A stretch of DNA of 64,000 nt, taken from Eledone cirrhosa. Its lineage: Eukaryota. The notes under the pieces are model-generated. The model saw nothing but the letters and a program-made list of their open reading frames with translations, made no database searches and was not told the DNA's origin. Location of the stretch: assembly GCA_964016885.1 (NCBI GenBank), contig OZ024744.1:126108001-126172000 (forward strand), given 5' to 3'. The position numbers and the translations under genes are program-made. Shown here in pieces: positions 47,514 to 62,173 of the stretch. The number at the start of each line of letters is the position of its first letter. Position 1 is the first letter of the stretch.

Positions 47514-47731
47514 ATATATATGTGTATGTATATATATATATATATATTGGTAAACGGAATAGAAAATTGTGACAAATTGTTCACAGTGAAAAATAGTTTA
47601 ATTAGGAATAAGTGATAATTAGTAATAGTATTGGTTAGTATTAAGTTTTGGTTTTAAGTTTTACCGGTTGCGCATTTCTAATGCTTTTCAAAAATAATTT
47701 TGAGATAGAGCGTCCGTGATGTTTGCTCTGA

Positions 47732-47777
<46 letters not shown>

Positions 47778-47927
47778 AACAGTAGAAAGGAAAAAGATTT
47801 TTTCAGTAGAAATTGCTGAAGAGATTCTTTCAGTGTAATTTCAAAACATTAATTTATTTATAAAGTGGATATTTCCACATTTAATAATGGCACTGGGTTC
47901 AGCATTATATACATTGTCAATTGTGGA

Positions 47928-48252
47928 TTCTACTTTTGGCACAAGGGCTGCAATTATCCAGTACATTACTGGTACTTTATTATTTATACAAATAATAATT
48001 GTTTCTACTTTTGGCACAAGGGCAGCAATTACCCAGTACATTACTGGTACTTTATTATTTATACAAATAATAATTGTTTCTACTTTAGGCACAAGGTCAG
48101 CAATTACCCAGTACATTACTGGTACTTTATTATTTATACAAATAATAATTGTTTCTACTTTAGGCACAAGGTCAGCAATTACCCCAGTACTTTATTTTAT
48201 CGACCCCGTAAGGATGAAAGAAAAGTTAACCTCAACGGGATTTGAACTCAGT
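47928..48252 (-). mobile_element. SINE fragment with 75-bp tandem amplification of its 3' part
   Basis: Units start at 47928, 48003, 48078 and 48153, then run into the SINE body (TCGACCCCGTAAGGATGAAAG...ATTTGAACTCAG). Confidence 0.75.
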
Positions 48253-48338
48253 CTGTAAAGGGAGGTAACTGCTGGATTAATTTGGTTAATTAAGTTAACA
48301 GAAATTATGAACCGGTTTCTACAGAGCCTTCTGGACAT

Positions 48339-48567
48339 TTAACCCTTTAGCATTTAAACCAGCCATACCTAGCCAGAATACTCTCACATCTTTCTGTTCA
48401 AACCAGCCATAACTGGCCACTCATACTGACGTTAAGGTATTGTTCTCAATATAAATAATATCAAAATCTCATAGATTCGATATTATATGAGATAATTATG
48501 TAAGATAAAGCCTTTACCACAAAAATACAATAGTATATATAGAGTAATAAAAATGCTAAAGGGTAAA
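48339..48567. mobile_element. piggyBac-like MITE (duplicate of 8511-8739)
   Basis: Same TIRs and TTAA. Confidence 0.7.
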
Positions 48568-50602
48568 AGTAGCTTATTATTTTGTGAGCTCTTGCTACTT
48601 ATTGCTCTTGTGCATCAAGAACATACACAGCTTACATTTTGTTGCTAATCTCACTGAGATCCAACTACATCTCTTGTTTATCCATAGTTTGGAATTTCTA
48701 CCTACTCCTTTCCTTTAGAATGATCAAGGCCATTTTCTTGTGGGGATCTAGGCCCTGTTTTCCTTTCTATTTTGCCAAGTTATCTTACATCACTTTCATT
48801 CTAGACCATGCTTCCAGGTTTGGAATTTCTCCTCTAATTTTACCACAGATTAAGTGACAAGGGTTCAATCATGTGCATACAGGAGTTCCCATGGACAGCC
48901 AGTAATATGTAATAGCCTGCAGGATGATAATAAACAGAAGAGGGTTAATTACAGAGCCCTGATAGAGGGTTAATAACAGAGCCCTGATAGACTTGTTCAC
49001 TCAACTCCTCACTATAGCCATCATTACTTTTAACCTTACTGACTGCTCCTCCATACATGGCTTTTACTGCTCTCACAAGCCACTCATATACCCCTAGTTT
49101 TCTAAGTTATACACCAGATTAGGGAAGGGGGAAGTCTCACAGAAGCTCTCTCTGGGTCAACAAATGCCAAGTAGAGGGGCTTATTTTAGCTAGGTACTAC
49201 TCTTGCAGTTGCCACACAAGGAAGAGGACATCAGTGGTACTTTTACCTGGCACAAATCCAAACTTCATCTCATCTAGGTTAACTTGGTCCCTAATCAGCT
49301 GTGTTATAAATCTAACACCTTCATGAAGTGGTCCATCTAATATCTCTATAGTTTTCTAGCTCTAGTACATCTCCTTTGCCCTTGTAGCAGTTGATGATGA
49401 TGATACTACACCATTTATTTGGTATGACACCATTTTGTATTACATGCTGTACGATACCAGTGGTTAAGATGTGACCCACCATCCCAGATACTTTCAGTAT
49501 CTCAGCAACTATCACCAATGGACAAGATACTTTCTCTGTCTTCATATCCTTAATTACCTTACTTCATATCCTTAATTACCTTACTGCTTACTTGTATGGC
49601 TGGACCCTCTGTTGGGCCCACTTTCCGTAGACTATCTTCCTCCCATGCATTCTCCTCATTCAGTAATCTTTCATAAAGGCATTTCCATGTTACAAAGGTT
49701 GGCTGAAAAGTTCATAGACTATCAATGATAGCATGATGCTAGAGCTGTGAAATCTTGCCTGCATTAATTTCAACTCTTCTTATTAATAACTGCATTGTTT
49801 CCTTCCAGGGACTATGTTGAAAAATAAACCTCATTTGGTCATTCCATGAGTGTATCTTGGTCTGCCTATGAACTTTTCAGCTGACCCTATTCAGCATCAG
49901 TGAGCCCAAATGCCCCATTATCATCCTGGACACACTTTACCCCAACATCACAATTTGCCCTCACACACTGCCTCACAATCCTGAACATCTCATGTATTTC
50001 ATCCTCACATCATAAAACCAACTGAAATTATATATTCTCTGCTTCCCTCCTTGCAAAGAATACTTCTTGCCTAGCTTCCTGTAGTGTACCCTCCAGCTGC
50101 CTCCATTCTGCCATTATTCCATGCCTGTCTCTTGGCCTTAACTGTCTCATCTACCCTAGTGTTTCACCACCAAGATACTCTCCTCTCTGAAGCCCTGCTC
50201 CAGCCACAGATCTAGTTTGACACCTTCAGCAAAGGTTCTTTAAGGAACTCCCACTGTTCCCCTATATTGTATGTTTCTATTTGTTCTTCCTTACTGTTGT
50301 AAAGATCAAACAAAATATCTCTAAATTTGGAACTGGCTGAGGGGTCCTTTAACTTCCATATCCTTCTCCTCCAAGTTGCCCTCAGTCTTCAAGTTCATCT
50401 AAGTCTATGAAATCACTAACTACTGGGTTATGTTGGGAGGTGCATTCTTCCCCAGGGGGTGGGGATTGTGTGTTTACAAATGTCAATATCTCATCTTCTG
50501 GTGAGGATAAAAATCTGACTGGCATGCTCCTCTGACCAATAGGTGTTGAAGTGGTTGTCGGGTAAACGTTAAGACCCTCTGATATACATATATATATATA
50601 TA

Positions 50603-50658
50603 CTAGCAGTGGTACCCGGCGTTGCACGGGATAACGTATTTCGGAACGCGGGCCGCCA
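50603..50658 (-). mobile_element. Helitron-type 3' terminus (duplicate of 10775-10830)
   Basis: Identical sequence within the duplication. Confidence 0.65.
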
Positions 50659-52717
50659 TCTTCCACTTCAGCCGGTCGCCCTAAAGTGTTGGCTATTCAG
50701 TCTACTTGAGGCCAGTTGGTGAGGGGGGGTAAAGCTTTCAGTGTGCTACTACCCTCACGGTCAAATAGAAAGGGAGAGGAAGAAAAGTCAGCGTTAATAT
50801 CGTGCTACACGTTTGAAAGGTTGGATGACCTTAGAGTTCACCAGGGTGGGGGGTTCTAAAAGTATCTATCTTGGTATTTTATCTTAGAAGTAATCATTAC
50901 AGAGTGTACTGGGTGTATTTTAGTGGGCAGTAATTCCATAAAGAACACAGTATAATCTGTGGACACAAGCCTTGCAGTGTGATTACAGGCAGGTTAATGG
51001 GAAAGATAGATTATATATGTGACATGATGTACATGAGAAGTGAGGACACAGACCACACATGAAATAGATTCCTACAACTGTCAGGGAGGCTCCCTAGAAT
51101 TACAGATGACATATTTCAATATCTCGGTGATCAAGTTAGCAGTGGAGGAAGAATCTCTAAAAGTGTAATACCCAGGATAAGGACAGGCTGGAAGAAGTTT
51201 AGAGTACTGTTCCATCTGTTGACAACAAAGGGCTTCTCTCTCAGAATGGAGGCTAGACTGCTTGATACTTATGTGTGGTCTGCAATCTACACCCCAGCCA
51301 TGCCCCTTCCACTACCACTCCTTAGCTATTTCTCTCCATTAATACTCCTCACATTTCAAGCAGTTTTCTCATCTCAATGAAAGAAAAATATTGGGCTCAA
51401 GAGAAGTCTTCAGTTATGCCATGGTGTGGCAACCTCCCTAGGGTTGGGCAGAGTGTAAATGAGAGTGAAATTAGGTATGAGAGGGATCATATGCAGTATA
51501 CAAGAGAGTAGATTACATTGGTATGGTCATGTGATGGGTATAAAGGATGACAGCTGTATAAAAATGTGCTGGGCAATCAAAGTTGATGGAAGTTATGAAG
51601 GCGGAAGACCCAGGATGACCTGGGATGAGGTGATAAAAGATGACTTTGCACAATTGCAACTCTCAAAGACAATGACACAGGATAGAGATCTTGAGATGTA
51701 TGCAGCAATACAGAAGGCCTGCTTTCCAATGTGCACGGACTCAAACATACATCTAGTAGGCCCCTCCTAACCACTATACTCCTTTCCAAACTCCCACACT
51801 CCCACTTCTGTACACACCACCTTTAGACTGTAAAGTGGTAGTGTACAAGTCACAACAAAAGCACCCAGTCCACTCTGTAAAGTTGATGTGTTGGTGTCAT
51901 AACAAAAGGCACTCAGTCCACTCTGTAAAGAGGTTGTGTAAGTGTCACAACAAAGACATCTAGTCCACACTGTAAAGTGGTCATGTAGGTGTCACAACAA
52001 AAAGTACCAGTCATTATTGTAAAGTGGTTGTATAGGTGTCATAACAAAAAGCACCCAGTCGACACTGTAAAGTGGTTGTGTAGGTGTCAGAACCAAAAGC
52101 ACCCAGTCCACACTGTAAAGTGGTTGTGTAGGTGTCATGACAAAAAGCACCTAGTCCACACAGTAAAGTGGTCATGTAGGTGTCATGTCAAAAAGCACCC
52201 AGTCCACCCTGTAAAGTGGTTGTGTAGGTGTCATGATAAAAAGCACCCAGTCCACACAGTAAAGTGGTCATGTAGGTGTCACTAAAAAAGCACCCAGTCT
52301 ACTCTGTAAAGTGGTCATGTAGGTGTCATGACAAATAGCACCCAGTCCACCCTGTAAAGTGTTCATGTAGGTGTCATGACGGAGAGTAACCAGTCCACAA
52401 TGTAAAGTAGCCATGTAGCTGTCACAACAAAGCACCCAGTCCACACTGTAAAGTGGTCATGTAGGTGTCATTTCAAAAAGCACCCAGGTCCATGGCTTGG
52501 CCTGCTAACCGACGCTATACCCAAGTCGGTCGCCATGCTTTCCAGCATAGAGTTACGTCTCTTTATGGTCTGAGTTCAAATCACGCCGAGGTTAACTTTG
52601 CCTTTCATCCTTACGGGGTCGATAAAATAAAGCACCAGTAATGTACTGGGGTCGATTTAATCGACTTTCCCCTCCTCTGCCAAATGACACACACATGCAT
52701 GGTTCGGGGGAACCTAC

Positions 52718-52783
<66 letters not shown>

Positions 52784-53662
52784 GTAGGTCACTGGTTGAG
52801 TCGGTATTAACCACAGTAACTAAGGTACTCAATACATATTAGATATAGGTGTCTTTCTAATTGCTGGCCTTGTTCATAAGGTATACACAAGTATGATGTG
52901 TGTCTGTTTAACTGTACGTGTGAAAACATCGCGAAATTGCGCCTTTTAATATTTGAATATAAACAGTTAAAAAATAATTATTTTAGTAATTTTTAAATAT
53001 CGATAATGTGTATATAAATATTAGAAATCAATTTAATTAGTTCAGTAACATTACTCGGAGTTAAGATAAACCTTCATTTGAAGAAATTCGAGATTTGACC
53101 AAATAAATAGATTATGTGATCAATAAAAAAAATATGTATACGCGCTGTGACGACGGGTTGCAGACAGTCAGGCATACAGACACATATTTTAAAGCGTGCG
53201 ACGTTAAAAGTCTTACTCTCTCTCTTTTTAGATAGATAGACTTAATTAAAGCAGTTTCACTCTCTCTATATTTCATCAGCTCCCTCTCTCTTAAATTGAA
53301 AGATTCATTAAGGCTGAAATAATCTAAACAGTAACATCATTTTTCGCCAGCTCTAGCTTGCGTCCAGAGATATACACACACATATATATATATTTTTTTT
53401 GTTATCGAGTTGAGCTTTGCCAAGCATAGAATTCCAAATTTGACCATCTCCACTGAAAATGTTCGTGAAATAGTCTTTAAGAAGCAATTTAATTTTTTCC
53501 AACTGAAACTGTAAGTATTTTAAAATTTATTTCAACATGGTCTTAAAAGATTGTTGGCTTTTTTTAAATTCATAACTATTTACTATGAAATATAAATTAT
53601 TAAATCCAATTTATTTGATAACCATGATTTGATTTTATAATTACCTGAATCACGTTAACATG

Positions 53663-53703
<41 letters not shown>

Positions 53704-53956
53704 GTGTGTGTATATATATATATATATAATAATTGTTTCTACGTTACGCAGTGTATTACTGGTACTGTATTTTACGATATTAAATATTAAATATTAACTA
53801 TTAGATATTAAATATTAAATATTAGATATTAGATATTAAATATTAAATATGATATCCCTGAAATATATATAATGAAATAAATATGGTTTTATAAATGTAA
53901 TTTCCATTTGTTTAATATCAAATATATATATATATATATATATGTATTTATGTATA

Positions 53957-54010
<54 letters not shown>

Positions 54011-54266
54011 GCAGACACAGACACAGAATATCGTATATATCACACACACACAATTAAGACTTGACGTGTTGCAGACAGCCAGACATACAGAGAGATATTT
54101 TAAAGCGTGCGACCTTAAATGCCTTACTCTTTCTCTTATCAAAAGAGAAAGAGTAATGCTAACACTTACGTCTACTTCACGCTCTCTTGAACCGTTACAG
54201 AAATTGCATCACATCTAATTATAACTTTGTACGTTTGTATATATATATATATATATATATACACAC

Positions 54267-54349
<83 letters not shown>

Positions 54350-54352
54350 CAC

Positions 54353-54396
<44 letters not shown>

Positions 54397-54429
54397 GTGT
54401 GTGTGTGTATATATATACACACACACGTG

Positions 54430-54491
<62 letters not shown>

Positions 54492-54542
54492 AATACACAC
54501 ACACGTGTGTGTGTATATATATATATATATACACACACACAC

Positions 54543-54588
<46 letters not shown>

Positions 54589-54631
54589 GTGTGTATATAT
54601 ATATATATACACACACACGTGTGTGTGTATA

Positions 54632-57600
54632 TAATAATAATAATGAAATGATTGTGTACAGTGCTCAGGTGCACTACAACTCATCAAAGGTGCATGTATA
54701 GTACATAGAATAATGTACAAATGTCAGGAAAATAAACAGTGTATGAGTCATGATATAATAACAATAACAATAATGAAATATTGTGCACAGTGCCCAGGTA
54801 CACCACAACCCATCAAAAAAGTGCATGTACAGTACATAGGGCAATGCACAAACATCAGTAAAATGAACAGTGCACACATGTGTGCATGTGTATGGAAGGG
54901 GCACATCAGGTGTAGTTTTGGCGTATTTCGGGAAGCATGAGTGTCTTAAAGGATGCAGTGTCTCGGCAGCTAACAATTGACGCAGGCAGTTTGTTCCATG
55001 TTTCAGCAACTCTGAGCGTGAAAAAATGTCTGCGAAAGTCATGGGAGCTGTGCTGTTTTCTTATCTTGTAGGCATGTCCACGTGTGTTAGACACATGGAG
55101 ATCAAAGAGGCGCTCAGGGTTGCAGTTGGCGAGATGGTTAAAAACTTTGTGGGTATTCACCAAGTCCACTGCCAGATGTCGGAGCTTCAATGAATCCATG
55201 CCCAGGGAAGCAAGGCGTTCAGAGTATGGTAGGTGTCTGATGGAGGGTATGCGCTTGGTTGCACGTCTCTGAACAGTTTCCAGGAGGTCAATGTTCCGAG
55301 CAAGATAGGGGTTCCAGACTGATGATGCGAATTCCAAGTGTGGTCGCACCATAGCTGTATACAGTTTTAAATAGATGGCTGGAGAGCGGCTAACAAAGGT
55401 CTTGCTGAGTGATGCCAAGACACCCTCGGCCTTCTTGACAATCTTAGAGACATGCTTTGTCCAACGCAAATCGTTGCCGACAGTAATGCCCAGGTCACGT
55501 TCACAAGAGGACTTTTTGATGTCAGTGTTGTGGAGGGAGTATGTGGACGCTGGATTTTTCCTTCCAAAATGCATGGTGGTACACTTGTCCACAGCCAGCT
55601 TCAGTTGCCAGTCTGTGATCCATTGCTGCATTGTGTCCAGGTCTGATTTTAGGAAAGAGTTGTAAATTTCAGGATCAGTCCTTTTGATTTCAAGGTACAG
55701 CTTGATGTCATCTGCATATTTTAGTACCGTGGCATTCTGTAAGTTGGCATCTATGTCATTAATATATGCCACAAACAAAAGAGGACCAAGAACAGATCCC
55801 TGTGGTACACCAGATGACATCTCATATGGTGAAGAATGCTGTCCTAGAACCGTGACTACTTTCCTTCGGCTGAGAATGAAGGATTTCAGCCAGTCGAAAA
55901 GATCATCCCTCACACCCATTGCAGAGAGTTTTGCCATAAGTCTTTTGTGTGGCACAGAATTAAAAGCCTTAGCAAAGTCAAGGTAAACAACATCCACCCA
56001 TGAGCCGCTGTCAGTGATCCGGGTGATGTCCTCAAGGAACTCGATAAGCTGATCACAGCAGCTGGAGTTAGGGATAAATCCAAACTGTGAGGGCCGGATG
56101 AGGCTGTGAGAGCTCCAGAAGTTCCAAAGTGTTTCTCTGACACAGGATTCCATCAGTTTGGCCATACAGCTAGTAAGACTGACTGGACGATAGTTGACAG
56201 GTGACATGCGGTTGCCCTTTTTGAACAGGGGAATGACACTGGCAGTTTTCCACTGCTCCGGAGTAGCACCATTGCTGAGACAGTATTGAAAGAAAAAAGA
56301 AAGCTGGCGCAAAAGGAAATCCCCGCCACGTTTGAGAAGCAGGTATGTCACACCATCAAGACCAGGGGAGGCATAGTTGCGCTTATTCTTAAGGTGACGT
56401 CGCAACATTGCAGGTGTAAATTCCATAGTTGTTATGGAATTTGATGTTAGAGATGGTGGAGATGGTACATTCTGGTTTTCAACAGTAAAAATACTTGCAT
56501 AGCACTCAGCAATGAGTTCTGCGCATTCCTTGGGATCGTCAGTGATCTGGCTTGTGTGGGGATTGCGAAGAGGACCAACTGGAGAGTGAGGTCTCTGCTT
56601 TGAATGAACATATTTCCAGAACACCTTACTGTCAGGATTGGTTGCGATGCACTGTTCAAATTCAAGCACTGCCTTCTTTGTCACTTGCTTGAGATGGTTA
56701 GAAGATTTATTCCGCTTTTTTCTGTTGGCATCTGATCTATGCAGTTTATATTCCCGTTCAGCGTTCCGACGTTCTTTCCTGGCAAGTCGGACTGCTGAAG
56801 TTTCCCAGATTGCACTTTTGGGGTGGTTATTTTTCCGCTTCCGTGGCACTGATGCTGCACACGCTATCCATATTGAGTCCAGGATGCTCTGGAGTATAGA
56901 GTTCACATCTCCAGAGTTATACATCTCATGCCAGTTTGGGCGCTGTAGCTCAGTGCAGTACAAGTTCCAATCCGCCCTCTTCCAATCAAAGCAAGCAGAT
57001 TGGAGATGGCTCTGGTTTTTGTTGCTGCCCTCAAGTGCCAGATTGGCAATGATCATAGCATGATCAGAGTCGCCTAGAGGTTCCTCAGTAGTACAACTGA
57101 TAACCACTTCAGGAGTAGTGGTGAAGATCAGGTCCAAAGTGTTGTCACCTCTTGTTGGAGAGGTGACTACTTGTGACCAGTTTGAGTCCAGCACTAGTTC
57201 AAGGAAATCGTTTGCACCCTGTGGCCAACGAAAGGTTTCCCAATCGATCTCAGGATGATTGAAGTCACCTGCAATAAACACATAAGTGGCTGTTTTCTTG
57301 GCAGCAACTCTGAGGATATCGCAAAGCTGTGTGTCCTGATGGTAGTTTGGGGGGCGATAAACAACACCAAGCAGAAGTGTTGACATGGTCATACGTATGT
57401 CACAGAAAAAAACTTCTTCCTGTGATTCGTTCAAATCAACGCAAGGAATTACCGAAAAGTTTGAACGAACGTAGACCATCACACCACCACCACGGCGGTT
57501 AATGCGGTCCTTGCGGAAAAGGTTGTACCCAGTAATGGTGAAAACCCCATCACAGAGTAAGGAATGTGCCCATGTTTCCGTGACTGTGATGAAGTCAGGG

Positions 57601-57882
57601 TCGATGCTTCTGACGTAGGATTCGAACAGATGTATCTTGTTGCATAAACTGCGAGCATTTAAGGACAACAATTTGTACCCTGCTCGCAGTCTATGATGGT
57701 GTGTAGAGGGTGGCAGGTTGTTCTGGTTTAGTTTCCCAGAGTTGTAGCAGTTTTTACATTGCCAGTTATTGTGGGTAGATCACACTCAGACCAGCTGGTA
57801 TCTCTCTTCCACGTTTCACCCGCCTTGACAAACCTCCAGATCTGCCCATCATCACGCAGACTGAAACTTTCATCTTGTGCTG
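54632..57882 (-). mobile_element. CR1-clade LINE (duplicate copy)
   Basis: Same truncation point and flanks as 14678-17928, so duplicated passively rather than inserted independently. Confidence 0.9.
54906..57671 (-). CDS. LINE ORF2 endonuclease/reverse transcriptase (CR1 clade), 921 aa
   Basis: Translation appears identical to 14952..17717. Confidence 0.93.
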   Translation of the reverse strand: MLSLNARSLCNKIHLFESYVRSIDPDFITVTETWAHSLLCDGVFTITGYNLFRKDRINRRGGGVMVYVRSNFSVIPCVDLNESQEEVFFCDIRMTMSTLLLGVVYRPPNYHQDTQLCDILRVAAKKTATYVFIAGDFNHPEIDWETFRWPQGANDFLELVLDSNWSQVVTSPTRGDNTLDLIFTTTPEVVISCTTEEPLGDSDHAMIIANLALEGSNKNQSHLQSACFDWKRADWNLYCTELQRPNWHEMYNSGDVNSILQSILDSIWIACAASVPRKRKNNHPKSAIWETSAVRLARKERRNAEREYKLHRSDANRKKRNKSSNHLKQVTKKAVLEFEQCIATNPDSKVFWKYVHSKQRPHSPVGPLRNPHTSQITDDPKECAELIAECYASIFTVENQNVPSPPSLTSNSITTMEFTPAMLRRHLKNKRNYASPGLDGVTYLLLKRGGDFLLRQLSFFFQYCLSNGATPEQWKTASVIPLFKKGNRMSPVNYRPVSLTSCMAKLMESCVRETLWNFWSSHSLIRPSQFGFIPNSSCCDQLIEFLEDITRITDSGSWVDVVYLDFAKAFNSVPHKRLMAKLSAMGVRDDLFDWLKSFILSRRKVVTVLGQHSSPYEMSSGVPQGSVLGPLLFVAYINDIDANLQNATVLKYADDIKLYLEIKRTDPEIYNSFLKSDLDTMQQWITDWQLKLAVDKCTTMHFGRKNPASTYSLHNTDIKKSSCERDLGITVGNDLRWTKHVSKIVKKAEGVLASLSKTFVSRSPAIYLKLYTAMVRPHLEFASSVWNPYLARNIDLLETVQRRATKRIPSIRHLPYSERLASLGMDSLKLRHLAVDLVNTHKVFNHLANCNPERLFDLHVSNTRGHAYKIRKQHSSHDFRRHFFTLRVAETWNKLPASIVSCRDTASFKTLMLPEIRQNYT

Positions 57883-57945
57883 TATATATATATATATACA
57901 CACGTGTGTGTGTATTTATGTATATATATATATATACACACACAC

Positions 57946-57989
<44 letters not shown>

Positions 57990-58489
57990 GTGTGTGTGTG
58001 TATATATATTTATATATATATACACACACGTGTGTGTATATATATATATATATATACACGTGTGTGTGTATTTATATATATATATATATACACACACACG
58101 TGTGTGTATATATATATATCTGTCTCTCTCCCTGTCTCTCACTCTCCCTCTATCCCCCCTCTCTCTCTCTGTCTCTCTCTCCCCCCCCCCCCTCTCTCTC
58201 TCTAGTAGTAGAGAGAGACAAAGAGAGAGAGATATAAACGTATAACCCTAACCAAACCCTAACCCAACCCTAACCCCAACCCTAACCCTAACCTAACCCT
58301 AACCCATCTCTCTCTCTCTCTCACCCCCTCTCTCTCTCTCTAGTAGTAGAGAGAGAGACAAAGAGAGAGAGAGATATAAACGTATAACCCTAACCCAACC
58401 CTAACCTCTCTCTCTCTTCTCTCTCTCTCTCTCCCCTCTCTCTCTCTATTCCCCCCTCTCTATTTCCCCCCCCCTCTCTCTCTAGTAGT

Positions 58490-58520
<31 letters not shown>

Positions 58521-60183
58521 TATAAACGTATAACCCTAACCCAACCCTAACCCTAACCCAACCCCAACCCTAACCCATCTCTCTCTCTCTCTCTCTCTCT
58601 CTCTTTGTTTTTAACATTGTTTTGTTTTTCTTTTCTTTTCTTATTCAGATGACAAACGGCAGAGGATACAACAGAAGAAAAGAACAAAGATAATTATTAT
58701 TATTATTACTATTATTATTTGTTTTATTATAATCAAAATATGCTGTTAGTTAGATCTGCATTGCGTACATTTTATATAATTTATGCCAGTTCCTTTTCTG
58801 CATATCGAACATGGCCATTTCCCTGACGGAATAGAGTTTTGTCCTCTTTCGTGACACAAAGTACAGCCAGCGGCATCATTGCGGACAGACTTAATCCCGA
58901 ATTGCACTGACACACTGCCTCGCAATACGGAACACCGCACGTCTTTGATCTTCTTCCCGTCGATCAGCCTCCTTGCCATGCTAAGTACACCTGACGTCTA
59001 GCTTCTCTCTTAGCGGCGGCTTTATATTCTTCTCTACTCCCACTAATTTTCCAAGCATTCCATGCTAGCCTTTAGTCTCCAATGGCCCGATCTACCGTGC
59101 TGTCCCACCACCATGTCACTCTCTGTCTGGTTGGAACTCTGATCCAGCCACAAGTTTAATCAGTAGCCTGCAATAAGTTGTCACATAAGAAAATCGAGTT
59201 CTCATGTATGTCATACGACTGTGAATCGTCTTCTTTTTCGTCATACACATATTGAAGGGCTTTCCTAAATTTCTATTTTAGTGAAATCTCTTTTAGCTTC
59301 CAGACCTTTCTTTTTTCCACATCTTCCTGTATGTCTCAATCATACCTGGAGCTGTCCAACATGACCATTGAAATCCCCTGCTAGCATAACGATGTCTCCG
59401 TCCTGTCATTGTGGCTGTTTGTAAAAATTGCTTGTAAATGAAGTCTTTCTTTTCTTTACCTAGCAGAAGCAATTAACACTAACCCAACTGTAACACTAAC
59501 CCTAACACTAACTTATGCAGGCCTAGGTAAAGACAAGAAAGATAAAACAAGGAGTGATGCTTCTTGAATTTTGTGATGCAAGTGTTTTAACCATTTGCAA
59601 AACCAACTTCCACAAACCTGCCTCACTGCCGCCTAATAACCTACAAATCAGGCAAGCACAGAAGCCGGATTTCTCGGTAGTTAGGCAGCGAGACAGACAG
59701 ATGGGGTGTGAAGTACCAGGGTGTGCCCCGGGGAGGAATGTTTCCCACAGCGTGGGTTGGTTGTTGGTGATGTCTCGGTTATCTTGAGACGGAGTGAGAC
59801 GTGCAGGAATACTCTCACGGAATCGCCAAATGAGGTTTATTTTTCAACATAGTCCCTGGAATGAAACAATGTGGTTATTAAGAAGAATTGAAATTAATGT
59901 AAGATTTCACAGATCTATGATCAATCCTTCACAGTCAGCTTACAAAGTTTTCAGCCAAACCTTGTGTATTTCCAACATTTCAAACCCTATCTAGGACTAC
60001 ATTATCTAATGTACAGTACAGTAGTTAGTATTAGTGGCTATCAGACATAGTGTATCTAAATGCAACATTTTTAACATTGTTTTTTTTTTCTTTTCTTTTC
60101 TTTTCTTATTCAGATGACAGACGGCAGAGGATACAATAGAAGAAAAGAACAATGATAATTATTATTATTATTATTGTTGTTAT

Positions 60184-60578
60184 TCCTTGAATCTCAGTCA
60201 TTGATGTTGGTTAACTGGAAAGTCCGTTGGAATGAATATCAAGCCACTACCTGCAGCCTCAGATATTCAGGACGTATCGGAGGGTTCTTGCTGTTCCAAG
60301 CAAGCATGCCTTTTGAAGCGTTCCAAAAAGCGTGAAGGGGCCGATTTTCTTTAACCATCCCTGGAAACTTTTGGAGATGGACAAAAAACTGGAACACAAT
60401 AGACCTGACCTGGTGGTTGTGGACAAAGAAAAAAGATTGTGTCTGATTGTGGATGTGGCCTGCCCGTTCAACACGAGAGTGCAAGAGAAGGAGAGGGAGA
60501 AAATTAACCGATACCAGGACCTAAAGTGGGAGGTGAAAAGGATTTGGAACTTCCATGAAGTCAAAGTGATCCCGATTG
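60184..60578 (-). mobile_element. Dong/R4-like fragment with 5' inversion (duplicate)
   Basis: Duplicate of 20231-20625 with one S>L change in the RLE segment. Confidence 0.8.
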
Positions 60579-60619
<41 letters not shown>

Positions 60620-61217
60620 TATTATTTGTTTTATTATAATCAAAATATGCTGTTAGTTAGATCTGCATTGTGTACATTTTATATAATTTATGCCAGTTCC
60701 TTTTCTACATATCGAACATGGCCATTTCCCTGACGGAATAGAGTTTTGTCCTCTTTTCTACTCATCAACACTCATTCGTGACACAAAGTACAGCCAGCGG
60801 CATCATTGCGGACAGACTTAATCCTGATTTGCACTGACACACTGCCTCGCAATACGGAACACCGCACGTCTTTGATCTTCTTCCCGTCGATCAGCCTCCT
60901 TGCCATGCAAAGTACACCTGACGTCTAGCTTCTCTCTTAGCGGCGGCGGCTGTATATTCTTCTCTACTCCCACTAATTTTCCAAGCATTCCATGCTAGTC
61001 TTTAGTCTCCAATGGCCCGATCTACAGTTTCTGTCTCAACTCGTCTATGCTTGGTCGTTCCCGCACATTGACATTGCACATCCAACGGAGCATGCTTGCT
61101 TCATTTCTCTCCAGCCGTCGCATGTCCTCTGCAGTTGCTGCCCGTGTCTCACTACCATGCAGCATCGCGCATCTAAACCTGGCCCTTACCCTAACCCCAA
61201 CCTCTTTGGTTTTCGTT

Positions 61218-62053
61218 TTCTCGACGGCTAGCCGCATTTCGTGATCCGCCTTTCGATTGCGCTTCCGTCGCGGCAAAAGAATTGCCTTTCCAGACCGCCG
61301 TCGCCCGACCGGACCCATGATAGAAGACGTTCGTTACCGTTGGAGCAACGCAAATTACTCCTCGGTTGACGCCAAAAACGAACGCCTTCCCGCCTCGCGC
61401 CGCCTTCTCCTCGCCGACCCTCGGCCTCGACGATTAGCCACTTTCCGTCACAGCAGTAGATACGCGTCCGTCGTAATAGCCGTCATTTTAACGCAGGAGA
61501 AACGCCTAATTGCCCTGCACCGCGTTTGACGGCGATCTACGACGGCGACGATGCGCGCACTCTTCCTTGCTGCGACGAAGGTTTCGGCTTTTCGTCGTGG
61601 ACCCGGTCAGGTCATGCCGCTGACCTCGCGTTACGGCGACGCGAGAAGACGTTCGTTACCGCTGGAGCAACGCAAATTACTCCTCGGTTGACGCCAAAAA
61701 CGAACGCCTCGCGCCGCCGCTTCCTCCTCGGCCTCGACGATTAGCCGCTTTCCGTCACAGCAGTAGATACGCGTCCATCGTAATAGCCGTCATTTTAACG
61801 CAGGAGAAACGCCTTGACGACGATATACGACGGGTCGACGACGCGCGCACTCTTTCTGCTGCGACGAAGGTTTTGGCTTTTCGTTGTGGACCCGGTCGGG
61901 TCATGCCTCTGACCTCGCGTTGCGTCGCCACCGCCGCGGCGGGCTTGGGTTTAGCCGTAGCTACCCTCGTTTTGCCAACGGCGACGCGAGAAGACGTTCG
62001 TTACCGCTGGAGCAACGCAAATTACTCCTCGGATGAGGCCAAAAACGAACGCT
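61218..62053 (+). repeat. rDNA-spacer/ETS-like module (duplicate of 21265-22100)
   Basis: Within the segmental duplication. Confidence 0.85.
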
Positions 62054-62131
62054 GAAGAGATATTGTCCATGGATATCGGGAATTTTACCCGCCCTAGATA
62101 GATAGATAGATAGGGATGTATGTATGTATGT

Positions 62132-62173
<42 letters not shown>

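Noticed and set aside
47548-47735. Penelope-type LTR or hammerhead ribozyme between (TA)n tracts
   Set aside because: No CTGATGA/GAAA core with supporting stems on either strand
54632-57882. Independent second CR1 insertion implying current activity
   Set aside because: Same truncation point and flanks as the first copy; explained by the segmental duplication
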